A stretch of DNA of 64,000 nucleotides from a bacterium (GCA_963681965.1 OY820579.1:2624001-2688000); one strand, 5' to 3'; positions 10,468 to 23,100 are shown, counted from the stretch's first letter. Notes: generated by a model from the letters alone, not told the origin. A program made the numbers and translations.

Positions 10468-10488
10468 GATAGTAAAGGCGGAAGTAAG

Positions 10489-11112
10489 ATGCAGATCGAA
10501 CGATTAGGTAACTACGATTTCCCGGAAGACATGATCGCCACCTGGAAACAAATGGGAATCGCGGTATTGCAACCGATTCAAGAGCAAGCGGTCCAACGCT
10601 ATAAGCTGTTCGAAGGCAATAGCATGATCGTTTCCGCGCCGACTTCTTCCGGCAAGACCTTTGTCGGAGAATTGGCAGCAGTGTACCAAGCGATCCATGA
10701 ACGGAAAACCGCATTCCTTGTACCATTGAAAGCGATTGCAGAAGAAAAGTTCAAGACCTTCAGGCAGATGTACGAACCGTCGGGGATTCGGGTCGTAGTA
10801 TCGAACCGCGATCACAAGGAATACGATACCGACATCGAAACGGGAAATTTCGATATCGCCATTATCGTATTCGAAAAATTCTTCCAACTTTTGAACAGTA
10901 ACAAGAACTTCCTCGGTTCGCTGGGACTGGTTGTCATCGATGAATTACAGATGCTTGCCGACCATACTCGCGGCACCAATCTGGAACTAATACTGACCCA
11001 TTTACGGATGCAGCATAAAGGATCGTTCCAAATTGTCGGTCTGTCGGCGGTGCTGGGTAATCATGGGTTAGTCAACCAATGGCTGGGCATCGTGCTTATG
11101 GTGAACACTTAG
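10489..11112 (+). pseudogene. Ski2/Hel308-like DExH helicase, N-terminal RecA1 domain only
   Basis: Q motif LQPIQ, APTSSGKT, VPLKAIAEEK, VIDELQ, GLSAV; stops just after motif III, with no RecA2 domain in any downstream frame. Confidence 0.85.
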
Positions 11113-11293
11113 CGATCTCTTCGCAGGAGAATTTTCTTGACACATCTTCAGAATCGCAACCCTACTTTCCAGTTCCAACCGATCTCGCCACAGTTTTAAG
11201 AAACAGTTCGCTACCACTTTGGGTGATTTCAGAATGCTTCGATTCACAGGATATTGGAGCATTAGCCATGAAACAGACGTACTTCAACGAGTT

Positions 11294-11899
11294 ATGAAAG
11301 AGTTTCCATCAAAACTGTATGGTTTAAAGATGCTCGGCAAGTTCGCGCTTCCACACCCAGATTGGCGATTCGTTCTCTCTAATCAAATTGTTCAACTGAC
11401 TCCTTGGACAGAAGCCGAATATGGTTGGACAGTTAGAACCGCGATAAATAGTGTTGCTTCAGCAATTGGAGCAGAAAGACATTTGCCTTTCATTAACAAA
11501 GCCAGTTGGCAAGATGTTAAGCACTTTGTAAAGAGCTCAAAGCAGAATTCCAATTTGAATTTGATTTATATCATCTATCCTTCATGGCAATTCGTGTCAT
11601 CGGGGTGTATTCTGTCTGTGGATAATTTCATTCGAATTGAGGCCGTACAAGGTAGTATCGCAAAACTGACTGAAGGCAAAACCAATCCAGATGCTTCGAT
11701 AACGTTTCAAAGATTTCCTCCATTTCTCCGCACGGATGAAACAGGTGCCCTAACTATCATTAACCAAAGATTGCTACGGTCTTTTGTCAGAGCGTTTCCA
11801 CTCATCTCGATGTATGATGGCAATCTCGAGTGGGCATTGACATCTAAAGATCAATTATTCTTTTTTCAATGGGATTTGCTTCGAAATAGTCCTTTATAG
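11294..11899 (+). CDS. Hypothetical protein resembling a minimal PEP-synthase/PPDK N-terminal ATP-grasp domain
   Basis: SKLYGLKML..FALPHP, TVRTA, SSG, IEAVQG...LTEG..NPD, LEWA....LFFFQ match PPDK_N motifs in order, judged by eye; start uncertain (11219 or 11294). Confidence 0.5.
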   Translation: MKEFPSKLYGLKMLGKFALPHPDWRFVLSNQIVQLTPWTEAEYGWTVRTAINSVASAIGAERHLPFINKASWQDVKHFVKSSKQNSNLNLIYIIYPSWQFVSSGCILSVDNFIRIEAVQGSIAKLTEGKTNPDASITFQRFPPFLRTDETGALTIINQRLLRSFVRAFPLISMYDGNLEWALTSKDQLFFFQWDLLRNSPL

Positions 11900-12383
11900 A
11901 ATCACCCTGTAGACGACAAGAAATCCAACTCTTACATTACTAGCATATACAAATATTTCAGAAACACTTCGAACACTTTTCCTTTTTTTCCGGTATGTAA
12001 CAAGTAGGGGGAATCAGTTTTAGGGCTCTGGTGAGTCAGGTGGTTTCCGATTTACTTGGTTACGTACTGGAACTTCGATGGATTACTCTGTACATCCTGA
12101 TGACATGACTCCAACAGAGCGATTTGGTGAGATCGCATCCATTTTAGCATCTACTTCTCGCGTTTTCACCACTAACTCCCGACTAGACGTTCGCAACACT
12201 TCTCGCATTGCATCAAGAAATGACTCACGAGTATCGTTGGCTCTTCACCAATTCAATTACAGATTATTTAGTCCACTGTTAATGCTTTAATTATTCTTAA
12301 CTTATGATAGTATTGGAACAAACCACAAATCTATGATTGACAATTAGTCCAGACTGAAGTATATTACATCATTAACTAGGAGC

Positions 12384-13514
12384 TTGGCAATGTCAGCAGG
12401 GAAAGAATCTGTAGATAGCGTTTTACAATTAGCACGTCTTGCTCTAAGTGGCAAGCGAGAAGATCTTGTTTTGTACGTGAAACGATTGTCCAGAAACTTC
12501 CGTTTGTCGAATCCATTATTGGCAGAATCGCTATCTGAACTATTGGAGGACGCGCAAGCGAATCATGAAAGTTTCAAGAGAGAAAACGAAAGCTTCCTTC
12601 CGTATGATAGTGATTCAAAGTTGAGTTTGATTAGGATGGAGTTTCCAGTCAAGTTAGAAACAGATCCTATATGGAGTGATTCGGTAAGAAGTGCTATTAC
12701 TCAGATTGTGGATGAAAGAAAACAAGGAAGTTTACTACGTGACTCACGTGTTCCTCCTACACGAACTGCTTTGTTCGTCGGTCCGCCAGGTGTAGGAAAA
12801 ACAATGTCAGCTAAGTGGTTAGCTCGTGAGCTGAATGTCAAGTTACTAACCCTAGATCTTTCAGCCGTCATGAGTAGTTTTCTTGGGAAAACAGGTGTAA
12901 ATCTGAGGCAAGTTTTAGATTATTCGAAGTCGGAACGATGCATCCTCTTGTTAGATGAACTTGATTCAATTGCTAAAAAACGAGACGACTCATTAGAGGT
13001 TGGCGAGCTTAAAAGGCTAGTTACAGTTCTATTGCAAGAGATTGATGAGTGGCCAGAAAACAACTTGTTGATAGCCGCGACGAATCATGCAGATTTGCTT
13101 GATCCAGCTGTTTGGAGGCGGTTTGAATTTATTGTCGAATTCGATATGCCTGAGAGTGATCAAGTCGAGGTAGCTGTTCGAAAGTACTTTGGTGAAAGAT
13201 TTCAAGAACTTGGAGACTGGCTTAGCATTTATGCTACTACATTTCAACATTCATCATTCAGCGATATAGAGAGAGATGTTAAGAAAGTAATCAGAGCCTC
13301 AATCATTCAAAGCACATCGTTAATCGACATTGTTGAGCAACGCTTTGAAGCTAGTATGAAGACAATCTCACATGAAAAAAAACGTGAAATCGCTCTTCGC
13401 TTATCTGAAATGGGTTATCCGACAAGACGTGTTCAAGAATTGACTGGAATAAGTAGAGCAACAACCCTGAAAGATCGTAATGCTGCTCCAAAGAAGAAAG
13501 GAGTTTCGAGATGA
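12384..13514 (+). CDS. ietA: AAA+ ATPase, IetA-like
   Basis: GPPGVGKT, SSFLGKTG.NL, LLDELDSIAKKRDD..EVGELKRLV, AATNH..LLDPAVWRRF; overlaps the S8 gene. Confidence 0.88.
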   Translation: MAMSAGKESVDSVLQLARLALSGKREDLVLYVKRLSRNFRLSNPLLAESLSELLEDAQANHESFKRENESFLPYDSDSKLSLIRMEFPVKLETDPIWSDSVRSAITQIVDERKQGSLLRDSRVPPTRTALFVGPPGVGKTMSAKWLARELNVKLLTLDLSAVMSSFLGKTGVNLRQVLDYSKSERCILLLDELDSIAKKRDDSLEVGELKRLVTVLLQEIDEWPENNLLIAATNHADLLDPAVWRRFEFIVEFDMPESDQVEVAVRKYFGERFQELGDWLSIYATTFQHSSFSDIERDVKKVIRASIIQSTSLIDIVEQRFEASMKTISHEKKREIALRLSEMGYPTRRVQELTGISRATTLKDRNAAPKKKGVSR

Positions 13515-15718
13515 ACAATAAGTCGAACAAAAGGCTCCTCATCGGTAGAGGTGAAAGGCTAACCGAAGAGATCAAATCACCAGTTCGAGGATTTGATAAA
13601 ACTCCTCTATACTCAATCGAAGAGTCGCTTAATCGACTTACACCGATGTTGGAGAAGGCTACCTCTGAAATTACCAAATTACCGGCTCTAGCTTGCCCGA
13701 AAAACCAATCGGTGTTTTCTTTCGTGCTTAACCCAAGTTTTATTGCAAAATCATATTTTCCAAACGCTCTTTTTGCGAAGTACAATATGCGACCGATTGG
13801 CAGCAGGATGATTCCGATCACACCCATCAAATGGACTAGGAAGCGAGAACCTGAACGAACACCAACACTTGAGATATTTGTTTCAAGCGATATCGATCAG
13901 TTTAGAACTTTTTCCAGTTCAATAATCTCAAACACATTTATTCCGGAGATCGAGGGAGATTTAAACAAAATTGAGCAGATTTTCCTTCCAACTCCACATC
14001 AAAAGTTAAAGTATATCCCAGAAGGATCAAGATTGTTTGAGATAGTGCTGCACTATTCCGAGCAGAACTCACCTTCATTCATTCTTAGTGGTTTTAAGGA
14101 CTACTTGGAATCTATTAATGTAAAGGCAAGCCTTCAGGATAGAATTGAAGCGGGTGGTCTATGTTTTGTCCCAATCAGAACGGTTCCAGAGAGAGTTGAA
14201 ACTATTGCGTTGTTCTCGTTCTTACGGCTTGCACGAGTTGCACCTAAACTACGACCAATCGAACCGAACTACTCAACATTAAAGAGGTCTGTATTTCAAG
14301 TAAAGCTGCCAAAGACTACCACAATTGATGATAAAGTCAAAGTAGCCATTTTCGACGGGGGTTTGCCTGACAAGCATCCATTAGGCCCCTGGGTCAAAGA
14401 ATTAGAACCAGCTGGAATAGGTGCAAAAGAGCTCAGTGCAACTTCACACGGACTTTCAGTTACTTCTGCTTTGTTGTTTGGACCTTTGCAAGATGGAATC
14501 GAACCACTATCTCCTACTTTCCATGTTGATCACTGGCGGGTACTTGATAAGAAAAGCGACGGTGATGATGCTGGGTTAAAAATAATTGAGCGTATCAAGT
14601 CCGTACTTGACGACAATGAATATCACTTTATCAACTTAAGCCTCGGACCGGACTTACCAATCGAGGACAACGATGTTAACCCTTGGACTGCTGTGCTAGA
14701 TCAATATTTAGCAGACGGTACAACCCTGGCATGTTTTGCTGTTGGTAATGGTGGTGAACGAGATCACACTAGTGGAAACAATAGAATACAACCGCCAGCA
14801 GATTGTGTTAATGGAGTTGGAGTCGGTGCGTGCGATAGTAGATTTGAGACGTGGGACAAAGCGCTTTATAGTAGTGTAGGACCAGGTAGGAGTCCAGGTC
14901 TGATAAAACCAGATATTGTAGCTTTTGGTGGCTCAAATCATGAAGTGTTTTGGACATGCACATCGGGAGAAAGTGGTCGCTCTACTCAAGGAACCAGTTT
15001 TTCTGCTCCTAACGCATTACGTACAGCAATTGGAATCAGAACTTTTTACGGAGATGCTGTAAAGCCACTTACTTCAAGAGCCTTACTTATCCACAAATCT
15101 GAGGCTAGAGCTACTCAACCAGATGATGAAGTTGGGTTTGGAAGGGTATCTGAAAATGTGGGAGATTACATTTACTGTACCGACACAGAAGTTACGATTT
15201 TATATCAAGGGAAACTTGATCCCGGTAAGTATAGACAGTTCCAAATTCCGGTCCCAGAAAATGAAATGGTTGGAATGGTTTCAATTTCAGCTACGATATG
15301 TTACACAACTGATACTGACGTTGAAGATCCTTTCAATTACACTCGATCGGGTCTTGAGGTTGTATTCCGCCCTGATAGTAGAGAATCAAAGAAGACAAAG
15401 ACATTCTTTGGGGAATTTGATTTTGCTGACGAACTAGATCTTAGAATTCAGGCTCATAAATGGGAGACTGTCAGGAAAAATACTATCAAGATGAGAGGTT
15501 CCTCTCTCCATGACCCAGTGTTTGATGTACACTACATGGCACGCCAACATGGTCGAAATGCATCGCGTGCCTTGCGAATACCTTACTCTTGTGTCATCAC
15601 GATTTCGGCTCCGAAAATGCCGAGATTATACGATGAAATTTTAAATCGGTACAGTGATCTGCCCCCATTATTTGTACCAGTGTCTATGTCACACTGGTCT
15701 CATTCCTGCGTAGCGTAG
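13511..15718 (+). CDS. ietS: S8 subtilisin-like protease without signal peptide, IetS-like; last ~20 codons are IS-derived
   Basis: Triad IFDGG / SHG / GTSFSAP, oxyanion AVGNGG, GPGRSPGLIKPD; native sequence ends at 15654. Confidence 0.88.
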   Translation: MNNKSNKRLLIGRGERLTEEIKSPVRGFDKTPLYSIEESLNRLTPMLEKATSEITKLPALACPKNQSVFSFVLNPSFIAKSYFPNALFAKYNMRPIGSRMIPITPIKWTRKREPERTPTLEIFVSSDIDQFRTFSSSIISNTFIPEIEGDLNKIEQIFLPTPHQKLKYIPEGSRLFEIVLHYSEQNSPSFILSGFKDYLESINVKASLQDRIEAGGLCFVPIRTVPERVETIALFSFLRLARVAPKLRPIEPNYSTLKRSVFQVKLPKTTTIDDKVKVAIFDGGLPDKHPLGPWVKELEPAGIGAKELSATSHGLSVTSALLFGPLQDGIEPLSPTFHVDHWRVLDKKSDGDDAGLKIIERIKSVLDDNEYHFINLSLGPDLPIEDNDVNPWTAVLDQYLADGTTLACFAVGNGGERDHTSGNNRIQPPADCVNGVGVGACDSRFETWDKALYSSVGPGRSPGLIKPDIVAFGGSNHEVFWTCTSGESGRSTQGTSFSAPNALRTAIGIRTFYGDAVKPLTSRALLIHKSEARATQPDDEVGFGRVSENVGDYIYCTDTEVTILYQGKLDPGKYRQFQIPVPENEMVGMVSISATICYTTDTDVEDPFNYTRSGLEVVFRPDSRESKKTKTFFGEFDFADELDLRIQAHKWETVRKNTIKMRGSSLHDPVFDVHYMARQHGRNASRALRIPYSCVITISAPKMPRLYDEILNRYSDLPPLFVPVSMSHWSHSCVA

Positions 15719-16904
15719 CGGAGCAGGAATGAGTGGTAACTCTGTTTCCGGTGCCGGCGGCAGATAGCCCAAAGAGCTGTGCGGTCGAATCGTATTGTAA
15801 TGGTGCCGCCATTGTTCGATAATCACCTTTGCTTCCAATATGGTATCAAAGATTTCACCCTTCAGCAACAGTTTCAACCGACAGTTAAAACTTTCGATGT
15901 ATCCGTTTTCCCACGGGCTGCCAGGCGTAATAAACAAGGGTTGCACATCAACCCGGGGCAGCCACGCTAGTACCTCATTCGCCGTAAACTCAGGGCCATT
16001 GTCACTACGAACATGAATCGGTGTACCTCGTACTACAAACAGTTCTTCCAGTACGCAAAGAACATCATCCGCCTTGATCTTCCGGGCTACCAGGATCGCA
16101 AGGCATTCCCGGGTGTATTCGTCCATGATCGCAAAGATCTTGAACGAACGACCATTCGACGTATGCCACGTGACAAAGTCGAAGCTCCAGACATGATCCG
16201 GATGTTCCGGACGTAGACGGATGCAGGAACCATCATTCAGCCACAGTCTTCGACGCTTCTTCTGCTTCTTCGGGACCTTCAGTCCGGACTGTCGCCAGAT
16301 CCGTTCCACCCGTTTGTGGTTTACCCGCCAGCCGATGTTACGGATCATCGCCGTTACGATCCGGTAGCCATACCCGCCATACTGGCAAGCCAGAAATACC
16401 ACCAGCGAGACCAACGGGCCTTCGTCGGCACGACGAAGCGGTGCATACCGGTGACTCGTTCGTGGTTCGCAAAGAACCGTACAGACCCGTCGTTCCGAGA
16501 CCCGATCAATGCCCAGCGAATGGCGAACAGTAAGCGCAGTCTCGCGACGCTTCGCCGGGCACACTATTTTCCCTTGAGAGCCTCCTGCAGGATCTCTTTG
16601 TCCAAGGTCAGATCAGATACGACCTTCCGAAGACGGCCATTCTCGCGTTCCAGTTCCTTCAAACGCTTCGCCTGATCCAGCTTCAAACCACCGTATTCCT
16701 TGCGCCAGTGGTAGTAAGTATGTTCCTGGATGCCCAACTTCCGGCAAACTTCACGGACGCTCATCCCCTTCCCAATCTCAACTTCCGCTTCACGAAGCAT
16801 CGGGATAATCTGCTCCGCAGTTCGCTTCACTCCACGCATGAAAACCTCCCATAAAAGGTACTACTCTGACATAGAGAGTGGTACTACTTTCGGGGGCTAG
16901 ATCA
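15655..16904 (-). mobile_element. IS3-family type 1, copy B (orfA 16564-16839, orfB 15689-16564)
   Basis: Same length, inverted repeats and translated proteins as copy A. Confidence 0.95.
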
Positions 16905-17174
16905 ATTTTTGATGATTGAATTTAATTGTGTATACGATCTTAGAATAACAGTATTATCAATATGATCAGAGAAGTGAGACTCTATTAAGACAGAATATCA
17001 TATTGCTAAACTAAAAACGCATTTTTTAATTTTCAATCTTGCGACAGACCTACCGATAAATTATCTCTACTTTTGACATTTCTCGGTTTACTCTTCGATT
17101 ACGACGGATTATCTTTACAAAACTAAACAAGTCGTTGCGACGTACTTCTATCGTAGTCGCTCACAGGAGGTATC

Positions 17175-20100
17175 TTGATCCGTCGATCCACACTGCTATT
17201 TCTGATGGTCATCTTAGCGATCTGTTCAACTCAACGAGCATTTGCCGTACCTGCGGATCCAACAACTTGTATTCCTACCTCAGGGTCAGTGAACCAATCC
17301 ATTACGCCTAATCTTGTTTGGTCGACATCGGCCGGTGCGACCGGTTATGACGTCTATTTCGGCACCATGAATCCCCCCACGACAAGGGTTTCGTACAATC
17401 AGTCCGGGAACAATTACAACCCGGGAACCTTGGTGAGCTACACAGTCTATTACTGGAAAGTGATCGCTCGAAATTCCACCGGAACTTCACCCGGAACCAT
17501 GAATTGGTACTTCCGAACAATTCGCACTGTGCCTAATGACCCGACAAATCCCAATCCTACAAACAATGCGACCGGGATAGCGACCAACCAAGTTCTTAGT
17601 TGGACAGCGTCATATGATGCGGACATGTATGACGTTTATTTTGGCACAACTAACCCACCAACGACACGTGTTTCCCAAAACCAGACTGGCACAACATATA
17701 CTCCCACATTGTCGATTTCCACGACTTACTATTGGAAAGTACTTGCCCGAAATGCGGTTGGATACTCACCCGGAACGATCTGGCGGTTTACTACCGGAAG
17801 CCAACCGAATTATCAGTGGAATGTGTCCACACTCGATTTCGGCAATAGAGGATACCGTCCAACTTTTTCGGTCGATGATACCGTTTATGTAGAGAACAAT
17901 GGGGCGACAAATGGAACGTTATCGATCACGCCGTTGAGTTCAACGAATTTTCTTGTGGTTTCTCCGACCACCTCATTTTCGCTGGCACCCGGTGACAGTC
18001 AGGCTGTCATCCTCCGATTTGATCCCACGACGCCAGGCACCCTTTCCAGTACGTTTACTGCCAATGGCACTAATTCTCCGACGATCAGTGTATCTGGTAC
18101 AACTTCCTTCCATTCACCGCCAGTCCAAGCAAGCGATAGCACAAATCTTTATTGTGTTCATCTGACCTGGCCGATTGAGAGTTTTACCGTGTATTATCGT
18201 GTATTCCGCAGTACCACAAACGACACTGCTACAGCCATAGCGATGGGGACTTGGACAACTCTAAGTACTTATGACGATTCTTCTGCGGTTGCGGGCACGG
18301 TATACTACTACTGGGTGAAGATGGCATTTAACAGCTCGGGCGCGTATGCTTCGGATCTCTACATAGCCGAGCCGGGATCAAAACTGCGACCGACAACCTT
18401 GGTCGTGACTCCTGATCCGATGACGCCGTTTTTGGTAGCGGGGGGGCAGCAGTTCTTAACCATCACAATTAGTGGTGGTCGCCCCACTTCCGCATGGCGA
18501 ATCGATACGCTGCCCTCGTGGATATCCCTTTCTTCCAACAATAGTTTCGGGACTCGCACGATCATTGTAACAGCTCCTGCGAATACCGGTATCGGACGAT
18601 CTGATAGTCTCCGGGTATTTCTGGTCGAATACCCTACGACGTATCAGTGGGTGTCTGTGAGTCAAGAGACCAACATCACAACACTCACTGCCACTCCCAA
18701 TCCGATTCAAGTCGGGAGCGCCGAATCAGCCGTTACCCTTACGGCTTCTGTCACCGGACATGACCCATCGGCTTACTGGCATGCCGGGACAGTTCCCAGT
18801 TGGATTCAGGTTATCCCCTCGGGTCAATACGGCTCGGGAACGACCGGTGTGTATATCGATGCCAACACAGGGATCACACGCACAGATAGTATCGGACTCA
18901 ATTGTTACGATGATCCCAACGTGACAACGACCTGGGTACGAGTGATTCAACATGCAGGACCCCCAATTCTATCTGTTTCCCCAACCACGATTTCGCAATT
19001 TGTTTATGGTGGTGGATCGCAGAATACAACTGTAACGATCGGTGGAGGTAATCCTTCGGCTACTTGGACAACGAGTAATGTTCCGAGTTGGATCACGCTG
19101 AATCCGACCACTTCGACGGGAACGCGCACGGTAAGTGTCACCGCTTCCGCGAACACTGGTCTCGCCCGCTCTGACAGCTTTCAGGTCGCTTCCAGCGGGG
19201 CAACTGGCAGTCCGGTTTGGGTCAAAGTGAGTCAAGCGACGTTGCCGACAACACTATCCGTATCTCCGACTACGATCACGCAATTTGCCTATGGCGGCGG
19301 ATCTCAAACAACTACTATCACGATTGGTGGCGGTAATCCTTCAGCCACTTGGATAACGGGTAATATTCCCAGTTGGATTACGCTGAATCCCGCTACCAGT
19401 ACGGGGACACGAACGGTAACAATCACTGCTGCAATGAACAGCAGTACCGCCCGCTCCGACAGCTTCCAAGTCACTTCAACCGGAGCTACTGGCAGCCCGG
19501 TTTGGGTCAAAGTGAGTCAGGTTGCATCGACAACGATTTCGGTTTCAGCGAATCCGATGTCGCAGTTCGTCTACACCGGTGGAACACAAAACTTAACGGT
19601 CACGGTAGCAGGAAGTAGCCCAACCGCTACTTGGTCAACGAGCAATGTTCCCAGTTGGATTACGCTCAATCCGACGACCTACGCCGGCACGCGCACGATC
19701 ACTGTTACTGCCGCAGCTAATGCAGGTACAACCCGTTCGGATAGTTTTCAGGTAGTCTCGACGGGAGCCGTAGGGAGTCCGACCTGGGTAAAGGTCTCAC
19801 AGGCATACGCAGGCACCTTACTGACTGTCACCCCGACGACAATGCCGCAGTTCAATGGCACACTACGATCGCAATCTATTGCTTTGTCTATTTCGGGAAC
19901 CAATCCGACTGCCGCATGGACGATCAGTAATTTGCCGAGCTGGATCAGCGTTAACTCATCTTCCGGATCGGGATCGGCAAGTGTGACCGTTTCTGCGGTA
20001 ACGAATACCGGTGCTGCTCGCGCCGATAGTTTTCGAGTGAATTGTACCGCCTCAATCGTCAATCCGATCTGGGTGAAAGTGAGTCAGGATCACGCCCCGG

Positions 20101-23100
20101 TCACTGTTTCTATTGTTGTGTTTGAGGGGGATCTACGAAATCTCGCTTATAATGGTCAGGACATTCAGTTCTTTGTCTCGGTGCAGGGCTACGATCCCAC
20201 CGAAAGCAGGACTGCAGACCAGTTTCCGAGCTGGGCGCCCGGTACGCCCTATGGTGACGGGTTCACCCTGCATATCGCGGCTAATCCCGGTTTTGAACGT
20301 ACTGATTCAATTCGTGTTACCTGTATCAACTCTATTGCAAGCCCATATTACGTTGTACTTCGTCAGAATCCAGCGTTGACTTCAATGTCGGTGACTCCGA
20401 CGACCCTTTCGCAATTCGCGAAAACGGGGGGAACTCAAACTACCGCAGTTAGTTTCATTGGTCGCTTGTTGAGCTCTCCGTGGACGGCAAGCAACATTCC
20501 CAGTTGGATTAGTCTGAGTCCATCATCCGGTGCGGGTGGCTCTTCAATCTCGGTTACTGCTCAAGCAAATAGCGGCATAGCTCGTGCCGACAGCTTCCAA
20601 GTTAGTAGTACGGGAATTATTGGCAGCCCGATATGGGTAAAAGTTTCTCAAGCTGCAGGATCACTCTTAAGCACCAGCCTTACGACAATTCCTCAATTTA
20701 CCGATGCTGGAGGAGCGCAGTCTTTCTCGGTCAATGTTACTGGTGGCATCTCGAACGCGACATGGACGGCGAGCAACATTCCGAGTTGGATCACATTGAA
20801 TCCCACAACTTTTGCCGGTACGCGAACAGTTGTTGCGACCGCTTCGGCAAACACAGGAATTGCACGAGCGGATAGTTTCCAGGTCGCATCGACTGGAGCT
20901 GTCGGTAGTCCGCTTTGGGTACGAGTCAGCCAAGCTGTAGGAGCGACAACCCTTTCCGTATTGCCGACGATTGTTACGCAGTTTGCCAATAGTGGCGGAT
21001 CGCAGAATGTGACAGTTTCGGTCGGTGGCGGAAACCCAACCGCAACGTGGACGACCAGCAATGTGCCGAGTTGGATCACATTAAATCCCACCTCATACGC
21101 AGGCTCACGGGCAGTATCAGTAACTGCACAGGCAAGTTTCATTAGCGCTCGTTCCGATAGTTTCCGAATCGCTTGCACAGGTGCCACTGGCAGTCCGGTT
21201 TGGGTGAAAGTGTCTCAAGCAGTAGGAGCAACAACATTAGCGGTGAATCCAACTACGCTGTCTCTGTTCAATGCTACTGTTACCTCACAACCGATGGCAA
21301 TCACAATTGGTGGTTACAATCTCAGCGCACCCTGGACAATCAACAGTGTTCCGAGTTGGGTCAACGTCAGCTCGGTTAGCGGTTCAGGGTCAGCCAATCT
21401 TACCGTTTCCACTGTAACCAATACCGGTGCGGCTCGTGTTGATAGTTTCCGAGTAAACTGCCCGGGAACATTGGGAAGTCCGATTTGGGTGAAAGTGAGT
21501 CAAGATCACGCTCCGGTCAGCCTAAACATCTATCCAAATAGTGACGCCAATGATCAAATGCGTTATGAAGGATATGGTTATAATGGTACAGATTATTTTC
21601 TAGTGTATGTTGAATCCACTGGGTATGATACCCACGAACCATGGACTGTGGATCATATCCCCAGTTGGTGTAACGACCTTTATACATCTCAAGTAGACGG
21701 TACTATCCTTTTCCGAGTAACTCCTAACACCGGGTTTGAACGCTCCGACACTTTACGCGTCTTATGCGCAAATGCCATTGGAAGTCCATACAATATCATA
21801 TTACGGCAGAATCCGTTTTTGACATCCATGGTTGTTTCTCCGACTACGATTACACAATTTCCTGCAATCGGCAACTCGCAAATCATATCGTTGAGCTTTA
21901 CCGGGCGCTTGCTCACTTCTGCCTGGTCGACGAGCAATGTACCGAGTTGGATATCATTGAATCCGAGTTCCGGTAATGGTGGTAGGTCGATTGCAGTTGT
22001 TGCATCAGCGAATGGTGGAGTTGCCAGAGCTGATAGTTTTCAGATCAGCAGCACAGGTATTATTGGAAGTCCAGTATGGGTTAAAGTATCTCAAACGGCA
22101 GGTACGACATTAAGTACAAGTCTGACTACGCTCCCGCAATTCAGTAATTCCGGTGGTTCGCAATCTGTGACTGTGAATGTCACTGGAGGCATAACAAATG
22201 CAACTTGGACGACCAGCAATGTACCTAGTTGGATTTCGTTAATTCCCACTACGTATGCCGGAACGCGAACTGTGACCGTTACAGCGCTTGCCAATGCCGG
22301 AGGCGCTCGATCCGACAGTTTCCAAGTCAATTCGACCGGGGCGGTTGGAAGTCCGATCTGGGTCAAAGTGAGTCAAGCGGCTGGAGCTACTATATTTTCA
22401 GTCTCACCCAATCCACTCGCGCAGTTTGATCCACAGGGTATGGCTCAGAATCTCTCGATCTCGATCAGTGGTGGCAATCCCACTGCTGCATGGTCGGTAG
22501 CCAATCTTCCCTCGTGGATCAGTTTGAACTCTAGTTCCGGAGCGGGTTCCGCGACAGTTACTGTTACTGCTTCCGCCAATAGTGGAGTTGCTCGCAGCGA
22601 CAGTTTTCAGGTATCAAGCACAGGTGCAACTGGAAGTCCCATTTGGGTACGAGTCTCTCAGGCTGCAGCTCCACCAACGATCTCTATCTCTCCCACCACG
22701 ATTCCGCAGTACAGCTCTACTGGCGGGTCACAGGATGTAACTGTCACCATAGGTGGCGGTGATACGACTGCTGCCTGGACATTTGGTTTATTACCCGAAT
22801 GGTTGGTATTGAGTATCGAAGGGGAAATGAGAGGCTCCCAGTTGCTTCACGTTATTCTACAGTATAATGAGGGAGTCGCTCGCGCCGATAGTTTCCCGAT
22901 TATTTGTTCAGGTGCTGTAGGGAGCCCGGTTTGGATCAAGGTGTCGCAGGCAGCGGGTCCAACCACGTTCGCAGTAACACCAACCACCATTCCACAATTC
23001 AGCAGTAGTGGTGGAACATATGATGTTGCAGCGACGATAGGTGGCGGCGATACAACGGCAGCCTGGACATTCGGCACTTTCCCGTATTGGCTGATTCTGG

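Noticed and set aside
12-16904. Bona fide composite transposon inserted as a unit
   Set aside because: Outer flanks (ctct / attt) show no target-site duplication, so transposition as a unit is not demonstrated
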